NCBI GenBank assembly: GCA_004563595.2
Contig: CP042461.1
Coordinates: forward strand, 450,001 to 482,000
Length of the DNA stretch: 32,000 bases
DNA from: Candidatus Saccharimonadota bacterium
GTDB lineage: Bacteria > Patescibacteriota > Gracilibacteria > BD1-5 > UBA6164
Reading direction: 5' to 3'
In this document: positions 1 to 9,095 of the stretch, one piece after another
How the letters are laid out: every line of letters begins with the position of its first letter
Numbering within the stretch: position 1 is the first letter of the stretch
Translations under genes and position numbers: made by a program
The notes under the pieces: model-generated
Seen by the model: only the letters and a program-made list of their open reading frames with translations
What the model was told of the DNA's origin: nothing
Databases searched by the model: none

Positions 1-659
1 ATATTGTGGTTTCTTTGATGTTATTGATAGTATTAACTGGGTGTTGAATATGAGATGATGCTAATAAAGAGGTATTTTGAGAGAATAAGATAGCTTCTTT
101 AAATCCTGTAGAAAATAATAAAAATGAAGAGATATTAGTACCCGTTAATTGTATTGATAATTTAACTCAAGAGTGAGTAGATGAACTAAATAGGGTATTA
201 AAAAGAACTTTTTCTATTGAAGGTTGGTGTAGCTTAACGGTATTAGATTTAAGAGATAAACAATTAAAAATTCTTCCTAAAGAGTTAGGGGGATTATCAA
301 ATTTAGGTTTTTTATATCTAGGAAGGAATCAATTAACAACCTTGCCAAGTGAGCTAAAAAACTTAACAAATTTAGTATTATTGGACGTATGGAAAAATCA
401 ATTTACAGAATTTCCTCATGTAATTTGAGAATTGAAGGGTTTAACTGTTTTAGGTTTAAGTCATAACCAATTATCGATACTTCCACAAGAGATACAGAAT
501 TTAAAAAATTTAGATTTTCTATATTTAGAGTGAAATAGTTGATTATTCCCATTGGATAAAAGCTTTGGTTTTAAATTTGAAAATGACGCAACTCAGTGAG
601 GCATGAGAATACGATATAATGAGGAAGTATGAAAAGTAGAGATTAGTATAATTGATTAA
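1..659 (+). CDS. Leucine-rich-repeat lipoprotein (5' end probably just upstream of the window)
   Basis: Frame 3 is open from nt 3 to TAA 657-659 with TGA=Gly. The N-terminal ...VVSLMLLIVLTGC has a lipobox (L-T-G-C, Cys codon 42-44). From about nt 240 there are tandem ~23-aa LxxLxLxxNxLxxLPxEIxxLxxL repeats (LRDKQLKILPKELGGLSNLGFLYLGRNQLTTLPSELKNLTNLVLLDVWKNQFTEFPHVIGELKGLTVLGLSHNQLSILPQEIQNLKNLDFLYLEGN). Confidence 0.8.
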
Positions 660-708
660 TGAGAAATATACTCTAAATATTATACTGTTGATGAGTAGGT
701 TCTAAAAA

Positions 709-748
709 AGTTCTTCAAATTGAAGGACTTTTTCTTTTGTTTTTTTTA
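709..748 (+). terminator. Rho-independent terminator after the LRR gene
   Basis: Hairpin agttcttca(709-717)/tgaaggact(721-729) with one G.U pair and a 3-nt loop, followed by a T-rich run ttttcttttgtttttttt. Confidence 0.6.
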
Positions 749-757
749 AGAAAAAGA

Positions 758-802
758 GTACAATTATTTGTACATAATAAATTACAAAATAATGTACATA
801 AT
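758..802 (+). promoter_or_regulatory. Putative promoter/operator of the toxin-antitoxin operon (GTAC-centred repeats)
   Basis: Palindrome gtacaa-ttat-ttgtac at 758-773. Direct repeat TGTACATAAT at 769-778 and 793-802, the second ending 1 nt before the antitoxin ATG (804). Type II antitoxins typically autoregulate through such operators. Confidence 0.35.
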
Positions 803-803
803 C

Positions 804-1079
804 ATGACTACAAAAATAATTAGTTTGAATGAGTATAGAAAAAATCTTTCTACTCTGTGGAAGCAATCAAGGGAAAATGATATTAAATATATTGTTATGG
901 TTCATTCAAAACCAGTTTTTGAGGTGAACCCTATCAAAGAAGATTATCTTGATGAAAATTGGGATACTATGTATACATCTGATAATCATAAAGCATACCT
1001 AAAAGCTCAAGAAGAATTAAAAAATTGAGAGACTGTTGACTGAAAAGAGTTTTTACTTGATTTAATAAAATCAAAATAG
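804..1079 (+). CDS. Type II antitoxin, Phd/YefM family
   Basis: 91 aa: MTTKIISLNEYRKNLSTLWKQSRENDIKYIVMVHSKPVFEVNPI... The N-terminus is typical of Phd/YefM. Two in-frame TGA (1026, 1041) read as Gly, with TAG stop at 1077-1079. The stop lies 1 nt before the toxin ATG. Upstream in-frame ATGs at 768 and 792 are possible but give a non-homologous extension. Confidence 0.75.
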
Positions 1080-1080
1080 C

Positions 1081-1338
1081 ATGTACAGATATAGTTTTTC
1101 AAAGGAGGTACAAAAATTTTTAAAAAATAGAGAATTAAAGTTTGTAGAAAAGGTATATATGAATTTCGAACTGTTATCGGTAGACCCGTTTGATAATAAT
1201 TTGGATATATAAAAACTGAAATGAAAAGGGAATAGTTATAGGTTAAGAATATGAAAATATAGGTTTTTATATGAGCTTATAGATCAGGAAATATTGATTT
1301 ATGTTCATGAGGCTGGATCAAGAGGAGATATTTATTAA
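1081..1338 (+). pseudogene. RelE/ParE-family toxin interrupted by an in-frame TAA at codon 44
   Basis: MYRYSFSKEVQKFLKNRELKFVEKVYMNFELLSVDPFDNNLDI*KLKGKGNSYRLRIGKYRFLYELIDQEILIYVHEAGSRGDIY. The RelE/StbE-like pattern (KLKG..YRLRIGKYR..Y..........GSRGDIY) continues in the same frame after TAA 1210-1212. This position is usually Lys (AAA). Confidence 0.7.
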
Positions 1339-1410
1339 AATATATACTTTTTTTGTCACCTTTTCTTAACTTATTCGTCTAAGTAAGTACAAGCCTTAAA
1401 AAAAATTAGT

Positions 1411-1450
1411 AAAAAAACTCGGAGTGGTTATAATTCTCCCGAGTTTTTTT
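1411..1450. terminator. Bidirectional-looking rho-independent terminator
   Basis: aaaaaaactcggag ... ctcccgagttttttt: a GC-containing stem (actcgg-ag / ctcccgagt, one bulge) flanked by an A-run and a T-run, downstream of the TA locus. Confidence 0.6.
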
Positions 1451-1468
1451 ATTGTCTTAAAATCATGT

Positions 1469-2662
1469 ATGATTTATGATGTTGTAATAGTTTGAGCATG
1501 AGCTGCTGGTTTATTTGCTTGAATAAGTCTTGATAAAAAATTAAAAAAAATAGTTTTAGAAAAAAATGAGAAGCCTTGAATAAAGGTTTTATTATCATGA
1601 TGAGAGAGGGCGAATGTTTCAAATATGGATATTGATCCAGAAAGGGACTATTTTACTCAAAACAAAAAATTTTTACTGAGTATATTTTCAAAGTATACAA
1701 ACTGGGATATTATGAGTTTTTTTTCTGAAAATTGAGTAAGTATAGTGGAGGAAGATAGATCGAGGTTGATTTTAGAAAGCTGAGATAGTAAAGAGTTGCT
1801 CGCTTGTTTATTGAAAAAGGTGAAAGAAAATAATTGTGATGTGAAGTGTGGGGATTGAGTGGAGAAGATAGAAAAAACTCCCCCTGTCCTAAAGGACATC
1901 CCCCTCCATGAGGGGGAACTTTGTTCTTACCCCCCTCATGGAGGGGGGATTAAGGGGGGAGTATTTACCATCACAACATCATCATGACAAAAATATCAAG
2001 CAAAAAATGTCATTGTTTCCTCTTGATGAAAGAGTTTTTCTCATGTTTGAACAACTGGAGATGGGTATAATTTTGCTGAAGAATTATGACTTGAAATTAT
2101 TCCACCTATGCCATGTTTATGTGGAATGACAACGAAAAAAGACCTCAAAGATATTTCATGAGTTTCTTGTAAATTACAAATGTATGTAAAAGATAAAAAA
2201 ACAAATAAGAATATTTATGAAGAAGTAGGTCCTATTTTATTTACTCATTTTTGAGTGAGTTGACCAATTATTCACAATACATCAGTTGTGTCAGGAGTAT
2301 ATTTAAATAGCTTAGGTATTTCTGAATCAGAATTTGAAATATATATGAAAGATAATATATGTTTAGAGCTTCATTTTGATCTAGAAAATCTTCCAAAAAG
2401 TATTATAAAATTTTTTGAATTGAGTGAAGAAAATAATATTATTGAACTTGATCTGCATTCATTTAGAAGTATGAAAGAGGCAAAAGCAACATCCGGTTGA
2501 GTCAGTACCAATGAGCTTGATAATAATATGCAATCAAAAAAACATGATAATTTGTATTTTATTGGTGAGGTAGTTGATGTGACTTGAAAAACTTGAGGTT
2601 TTAATCTCCAATGGGCTTGGTCAAGTTGATTTGTGGCTGCGAAGGATATAAATAGAAAATAA
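1469..2662 (+). CDS. NAD(P)/FAD-dependent oxidoreductase, HI0933/YhiN family
   Basis: 397 aa. N-terminal MIYDVVIVGAGAAGLFAG (both central Gly are TGA, 1493 and 1499). Also LLSGGERANVSN, VSSGGKSFSHVGTTGDGYNFAEELG, GPILFTHFGVSGP, and C-terminal LYFIGEVVDVTGKTGGFNLQWAWSSGFVAAKDI. TAA stop at 2660-2662. Confidence 0.85.
1878..1961. repeat. GC-rich nested palindromic element inserted in-frame in the flavoprotein gene
   Basis: ccccctccatgaggggg (1900-1916) and its exact reverse complement ccccctcatggaggggg (1931-1947), flanked by ctccccct (1878-1885) / aggggggag (1953-1961), plus an inner hairpin gtcct-aa-aggac (1887-1898). Each arm is itself a C5...G5 hairpin. It encodes about 28 extra aa (TPPVLKDIPLHEGELCSYPPHGGGIKGG) between conserved flavoprotein blocks. 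Confidence 0.8.
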
Positions 2663-2737
2663 AGAATTATAATTATTTGTTTTTTCCCTCAAATAATGCT
2701 ACCATTAACTTAATTATTTTTTTAATATCATAATATT

Positions 2738-5557
2738 ATGATTGATTTATTCATTAAGTTTTTTGAGTATATATTAAAGTATCTTAAAAAATCTAAAGAA
2801 AAAACTATAAGAGAGATTTCTAATACTGGTCCAGAGATTACTATAGTCAGTAAAAAATCAAAAGTTTTGATTATGGTATTGTGAATTTTATCACAATGAG
2901 CATTGTTATTTCTCGCTTCCATAATATTTATGGAGTCTGAGAATAATCTTCATTTTTTAATTCTATTATCGGTTATTCTATTAAGTATATGTATGATTTA
3001 TACTTTATATAAGACATTGAATAAAAAATATCTTTTTATGATTCATCTTCCTCTTATTGTAGGATTATTTTCAATAGGTATGTTCTTTTTCGATGATTTC
3101 CCATCAAGATATTTTTCAAAACATGATATTTTTAGTTCTGCTTTATTAATAGTATTCCCATTAATTTATATTTTAAAGTTAGGTTTTAAAAATATAAATA
3201 ATAGAAAGATAATTGATATTATTGAAAGATTATTTTATTTATATAATTTAGGATATTTTTTCTTCATAGCTCTTAATATAATTATCATATCTCTATGAAT
3301 TAATATCTCATTTTTTGCACCTTGGACGTATATTATTATAGAAATATTAGATCAAAACTATATCCATTGATTTTTCGAATGAATCATATATGTATGATTT
3401 TTATCTATATTTTTATTGTTTTGGGTATATGTGCTTCATGTTTATTATGATAATTATTGACAAAAAAGAATACATTTAAATAAATGAATATTAATTTTCT
3501 TGTCTGTATATCTACTAAGTTTTACTCCGAATTTGCTAGATATATTTTATGATTATCAAATATGAAAAGCAGAATCAATCATTGTTGAACAATGATATAA
3601 TTATGATTCTGATAACGCAGCAAAAGTACTTTTATTAGATAGGGCATTTTTAAGTAATATCAAACAAGGGAATAGAATAAATAATGACTTATTTAAAAAA
3701 ATATATGATACTACTCCTGCAAACTATTATGGTGATAGAGTAGCAAAATATATTACTAATAGATCAAGTTTTGAAACAAATCTTTCAAAAGTCTGAGATG
3801 CAGCTGATGTAATATTAGAGCTTGCAGAAATAGAAAATAGAGTTATTGAAACAAGTGGGACTTATAAAAAAACAGTTCTTGAAACTACATATATGTTTCA
3901 TTTTGAAAATGAAACAATAACTAATCAAGAAGTTATTTTAAATTTTGAATCTCCATCAAAATATTCTGTAGTATCAGGGTTGAAACTTGGTTTAGATCTA
4001 GAACTTATAGGACAAATTTCTCCGCGTTGAGCTGCGAGAAAAGTATATGAAAATAGTTTGAGAAGAAATACTGATCCAGCTTTAATAGAAAAAGTATGAC
4101 TGAATACTTATACTCTGAGAGTATTTCCGATTCCTTCTAAAAAAGTAAAACAATGAAAACAATTAGTAGAAGTAACGATGTTAACTCCTATTTCTGGTAA
4201 TGATTTCATATATTCACCAAAGTTTTCTATGACAAATTTGAAGTTTAATGAGGCATCAAATATGCTATCAAAAGTATATGTAAAAGGTCAACTTGTAAAA
4301 GAAGATATAATAAATAATAAAGAATTAGAAAAATATATATCAGTTGATCATTTAATTAGTGCATCAGAATTAAATTTTGATCCAAATATGAATGATGAAA
4401 TCATGTGCCTTTCTTCAACTTTAAATGATATTTTAACTAAAAATAAAATTGATATCACCTCAAAAAATGAGCTTTGAAGTAAAATAAATTTATTTTTTGA
4501 TAATTCATTAAGTGTAGAGAGGAATTCTGCAGATTATTTATATGATGAGATTTATAGTTGAATCAAAAAATATAATTGAAAATTAAACGATGTTGATCTA
4601 TATTCATATAATTTTGATGTTAATAAACTTGCAAGTATATCTGATATTAAATTTTGGGGATATTCCGAAATTGATAGAGTGATTAATTATATTTTGAATA
4701 ATAAAATACAAAATGAGAGAATAATTTTTGTTACTGATGATGATAATTTTAATTTTGGTGTTACTCAGTTACGTTTTGATTATATTAAAAAAATGACATC
4801 AAATAATATCTCAGTTATAAAAATATGAAAAAAAATAAAAACATATAAATCTGACTTCAACACACTTTTAGCTTCTACAAATTGAAATATTTATGAAGTG
4901 AATTCTATTAACGATATAGCTCCTACATTATCAAAAATATTTGAAGATTCAAATATAGAATATTTCAAATCATGTATTATTGAGAATAGAGATATAATCT
5001 CAAGTACCGGTTGAATAGATATTAATAATATTGAGGATCCTCTCAATGATATCGTAATAGATGAAAAGATAGAGAAAATCCAAGCATGAATTGTAGGAAA
5101 TTTATTATTTAAAAGTACTATAAATCCTGATATTTCACACTTTGTGGCATTTAATCAAACCATATTAGCAAAAAAATATAATATAGTGAATCAATATAAT
5201 TCTTTTATTGCATTGGAAAATTCATCACAACAAAAAGAATTAGATAGCTATAATAAACAAGAAAATAAATATGATGTAAAATACAAAAATTATTGATGAA
5301 AAGAAGTAACATGATTTAGTTGATGAGGTAGATGATTTAGTAATGAGAGTATTCAATCTAATTCTCTTAGCAATGTAAGCTTTGGTTCTGTAAGTGATTC
5401 ATCTCTAAGATGATCAATTCAAGGGTCATCATTTAGTAGTAATAGATATTCTTGAAGTACTTCCATTAGTATTGTTTGATTATTTATATTTATTATATAC
5501 TTATTAGAATATATCTGATTTATTAGTTTTATCATAAAATATATTAGGCAAAAATAG
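2738..5557 (+). CDS. Polytopic membrane protein with VIT and von Willebrand factor A domains and a C-terminal TM anchor
   Basis: 939 aa, one frame from ATG 2738 to TAG 5555-5557. The N-terminal ~260 aa are hydrophobic (several predicted TM helices). VIT-like block ...ISPRGAARKVYENSLRRNTDPALIEKVGLNTYTLRVFPIPSKK. vWA MIDAS-like FFDNSLSV (D at 4499, DxSxS) and RIIFVTDDDN strand. A G/S-rich linker is followed by IVGLFIFIIYLLEYIGFISFII-KYIRQK at the C-terminus. Confidence 0.7.
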
Positions 5558-5567
5558 AAGAAAAAAT

Positions 5568-5602
5568 AAAGAAGAAAGTTTTAACTTTCTTCTTTGTTTT
5601 TT
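5568..5602. terminator. Palindromic bidirectional terminator shared by convergent genes
   Basis: Perfect 13-nt arms aaagaagaaagtt (5568-5580) / aactttcttcttt (5583-5595), then gtttttt. It lies 10 nt after the VIT/vWA stop. The tsaC stop codon (tta, 5581-5583) straddles the 2-nt spacer and the first base of the right arm, so the right arm is the 3' end of tsaC. Confidence 0.5.
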
Positions 5603-6153
5603 CTGAGGTACTTTATTTCAGTTGTAGTTCATTCAAATTCAAATATATCTGAAGTGTGGTTATTATATGTTAAGTCATATCATCATAAGAGTTCTATTTT
5701 ACTATTTGCAAGGTAGTATGCAAACTCAGTTTTCAGTTCTGATCATTTATATATTTCAGGTTTATCACTGATATTTGCACTTGTAAGAAAAATTGGACCA
5801 ACTCTTTTTATGAGTTTTGCTTGTTCTGTATTGTTTGCAATTCTAATAGCTATTTTTGGATATACTTCTCTATTTCTAAAACATACATCTTCTACTTCAA
5901 ATTGAATCCAATGAGAAAGTGGCATTGATTCAGTAAGAATAGTAAAAGGATTTTCATAGTCTTTTAAAAACTGTATTTGTTCAGGAGTAAGATCTGTATT
6001 TTGACTCAACCATTTAAAATCCTCTACCATTATAGCAAGAGGTTTGGTATAATCTCTTTTTTTCATTTTATAGATTTTATCGTAGCTCTCATGTTCTGAA
6101 ATGGGGCATGCGAGTCAGTAACAAGTGTCGGTTGGAATTATATATACGCTCAT
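5581..6153 (-). CDS. tsaC: L-threonylcarbamoyladenylate synthase (YrdC/Sua5 domain, t6A biosynthesis)
   Basis: 190 aa: MSVYIIPTDTCYGLACPISEHESYDKIYKMKKRDYTKPLAIMVEDF...IAIRIANNTEQAKLIKRVGPIFLTSANISDKPE. This is the classic PTDTxYGL, KPLxIMV and TSAN motif set. It starts 9 nt after the rsmG stop. Confidence 0.85.
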
Positions 6154-6162
6154 AGTATTGTT

Positions 6163-6855
6163 TTATTTAATAGGATTTTTTAAAGGTTCTCATATTGATC
6201 TTGGGTATTTTTTATGGGTTGCTGCAATTTTTTCTATAAGAATGAATGTTCTTGGTTGATCTCAAATAGTATAATTTTTGACTTTCATAATTTTACAGCC
6301 AAGTCTTGCAAATGCCTTCTTTGCACTTTGTAACTCTTCTTTATCTTCAAGTTTGTAGGCTATAAATATTCCTCAGATTTTTAATAATGGTATCACATAT
6401 TCTAATAAAGTTGGTAGATATGCCGTTGCTCTTGATGTGACATAGTCGAATTGCCCTCTATAATCATCATTTTGTCAGATTTCTTCTGCTCTCCCATTGA
6501 GAGTATCTACATTTGTGAGACCTAGTTGTTCTACAAAGTCATCAACTGCTTTTAATTTTTTCCCTACCGAATCAATTCCTGTGAATTGTGCTTCAGGATT
6601 TATGATAGCAAGTGGTATCAATGGGAATCCTCATCATGTTCATAGGTCAGCTATTTTTCACTCTAATTCTACAAATATATTGAGCATGATTGAATCAATA
6701 AAGTGTTTTTCAATGATTCATTCATCATCTCTGATAGCTGATAGATTTATCTGTGCATTTTTCTCCTTGAATATTTCTAGAAATTTTTCGAATTTTTGTA
6801 ATTCATTTTCTTCTAATTCTATTTTATATTTTAATAAAAGTTCTTTCATAGTCAT
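6163..6855 (-). CDS. rsmG: 16S rRNA (guanine527-N7)-methyltransferase
   Basis: 230 aa: ...INLSAIRDDEGIIEKHFIDS...[38 protein letters not shown]...TSRATAYLPTLLEYVIPLLKIGGIFIAYK. Three of the four Gly in DLGTGGGFP are TGA. An alternative start is at 6849. Confidence 0.9.
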
Positions 6856-6970
6856 TGTTAATTTTTAATTCGCCACCATCATATTCCATTTTAAGAATAA
6901 AAGCAAGGAAAAAGTTGATTTTTTTATATGAAGTATATAATTAGTGTATAAAAATACAAGCTGACTCTAG

Positions 6971-6990
6971 TCCTCTCCTACAGGAGAGGA
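6971..6990. other. GC-rich perfect hairpin in the rsmG/recG divergent intergenic region
   Basis: tcctctcct-ac-aggagagga: 9-nt polypyrimidine/polypurine arms, 24 nt upstream of the recG ATG. Its composition is unlike the surrounding AT-rich spacer. A possible -35/-10 pair (ttgatt 6915-6920, tataat 6936-6941, 15-nt spacer) lies upstream. Confidence 0.5.
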
Positions 6991-7013
6991 GATAATAAGA
7001 ATAACTTAAACAT

Positions 7014-9035
7014 ATGCTTTCTACAAAACTTACAAAATCTATTCTTCATACAACAGACACTTATGTGAAATGATTGGAAAAAGCATGAGTTTCGACTATA
7101 TGAGATTTATTAAATCATTTCCCTAGGGAATATGAGGATAGAACTGATGTATTAGATAGTTTTTCGCTGATAAATATTAAAGAAAAAAATACTATTTTAG
7201 TAAAACTACTTTCATTATCTTCACAAAAAACTGCAAATAATAAGATTTTATCAAAAGCAGTGTTAGAAGATAAAAGTGGTTTTCTTGCTGAGGCTGTTTG
7301 GTTTAATAGGAAGTATTTTGCAAATCAGATGCAACCATACATAGGGAATAAAATTCTCGTAACCTGAAAAGTAAAATATGTATATTGAAAAGTAAGTTTT
7401 ACTTCACCAGATACAGTGACGGATCTATCAAAAATATCATGAGAGATTGTCCCTATTTATCCAGAACTTAATTATATTCCAAGTAAATGGATTTCAGGAA
7501 AGATGGAGAATTTGAAAAGCTATATTTCAGATATTACAGAAGATCTTCCCGAAAATATTATCCAAAAATATAACTTTATATCAAAAAAAGAAGCTGTATT
7601 TAAAATACATTTTCCAAAGAATAAACATGATATTGAAGTTGCTAAATATAGGTTAGCATATGGAGAATTATTTGAGATTAATTATAGAGCGATCTCAACA
7701 AAATATCAAAAATTTGAAGTAACGCAAGGGAAGAGTATCCCTATACTAATGAATCCGGAACTGGTAAAAGAGATTATATCTAAGCTTCCATTTGATTTAA
7801 CAAATCATCAAAAAATAGTTCTGTTCCAGATGTTAAAAGATATGGAAAAAACTCATTCTATGCAAAGATTATTAGAATGAGATGTATGAACAGGGAAGAC
7901 GGTAGTAGCTTTGATTGCATGTATTCATGCGATATTAGAAAGTAATGAAAATAGAGTTCAAGTTGTCATAATGGCTCCAACTGAAATTCTTGCTCGCCAG
8001 CATTTTGCCTCTATGGAGGGATTATTATTACAATACCAGATTAGCTCACACTTACTGGTCTGAAGTCTTACTGCTAAACAAAAAAAAGCTATAAAGACTG
8101 ATATGAAAAATGGGAATGTAGATGTGATAATTTGAACACACGCTTTGGTTCAGGAAGATGTATTGTTTCATAATCTATGATTGGTTATTATTGATGAACA
8201 ACATAGATTTTGAGTAAAACAAAGAGAAGTGTTAGAAAATTGACTTTGAAATAGAAGCTGAATTGTTCCACATAGCTTAAATATGACGGCAACTCCTATT
8301 CCAAGAACCTTAGCTTTGACTTTGTATTGAGATCAAGACCTTTCTATTATTTCAGAGTATCCAAAAGGAAGAAAGGAAATATTTACAAAGGTAGCCAGGA
8401 CTGAATCTGCCAGACAGCAAATTGAGCTTTTTGTGAGGAGTGAAGTTGAGAAATGAAGACAGGTATTTTGGATTTCTCCTCTGGTAGAAGAATCAGAGAA
8501 AATGGATTTGGCAAATGCTATATCAACCTATGAATCATTAGTTGATATATTTAGTCCATATACAGTATGATTGGTTCATGGGAAAATGAAAGCAAAAGAG
8601 AAGGAACAAGTTATGAAAGATTTTTCAGATAATAAAATTCAAATACTATCCAGTACATCAGTAGTTGAAGTATGAGTAGATGTACCAAATGCTACTGTTA
8701 TGTGTATTGAGTGATCAGAGAGGTTTGGGTTGAGTTCTCTCCATCAGTTTAGATGAAGAGTAGGGAGATGACTTCATCAGTCATATTGTTATTTATTCCC
8801 AACAAAATGAAACTCTACTGATAGACTCAAGGCCATGGAAAAAACAAATAATGGTTTTGAACTTGCTGAAATTGATCTTGAATTGAGATGACCAGGAGAG
8901 GTTTATGGCTTGAGACAAAGTTGAGTTCCAGACTTAAAAATTGCTGATTTAAAGGATTTAGAATTAATTAGTCAAATTAGAGAAGATATTGAGGAAATGT
9001 TTGAGGATAAAAAAGGGAAAAAACAAGCTATTTAA
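7014..9035 (+). CDS. recG: ATP-dependent DNA helicase RecG
   Basis: 673 aa. Walker A LLEGDVGTGKT (TGA at 7878 and 7887), [10 protein letters not shown] (DEQH box), [37 protein letters not shown]. The N-terminal wedge/OB region is present. TAA stop at 9033-9035. Confidence 0.95.
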
Positions 9036-9095
9036 GTTTGTTTTTTTTGTATTTATATTATAATAATGAAGATTTTATAGTATTTAGATTTTCTG

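Noticed and set aside
1657-2129. Minus-strand 80-aa and plus-strand 73-aa ORFs flanking the GC-rich palindrome
   Set aside because: Both are artefacts inside the HI0933-family flavoprotein gene (1469-2662). The continuous frame-2 translation with TGA=Gly carries all family motifs.
5290-5557. LPXTG, PEP-CTERM or GlyGly-CTERM sorting motif in the VIT/vWA protein tail
   Set aside because: The tail has the tripartite shape (G/S stalk, TM, basic end), but none of the known signature motifs precedes the helix. It is reported only as sorting-signal-like.
6497-6868. 123-aa plus-strand ORF from the supplied track
   Set aside because: It is the antisense shadow of rsmG (6163-6855, minus). The minus-strand translation carries the [9 protein letters not shown] SAM-binding motif, while the plus-strand product is low-complexity with no recognisable motif.
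9036-9095. Possible terminator or promoter between recG and the GT2 gene (aaacaagc...gtttgtttttttt, tattataat)
   Set aside because: The stem is imperfect and very AT-rich, and the -10-like strings are indistinguishable from background in this composition. This is not enough to call a feature.
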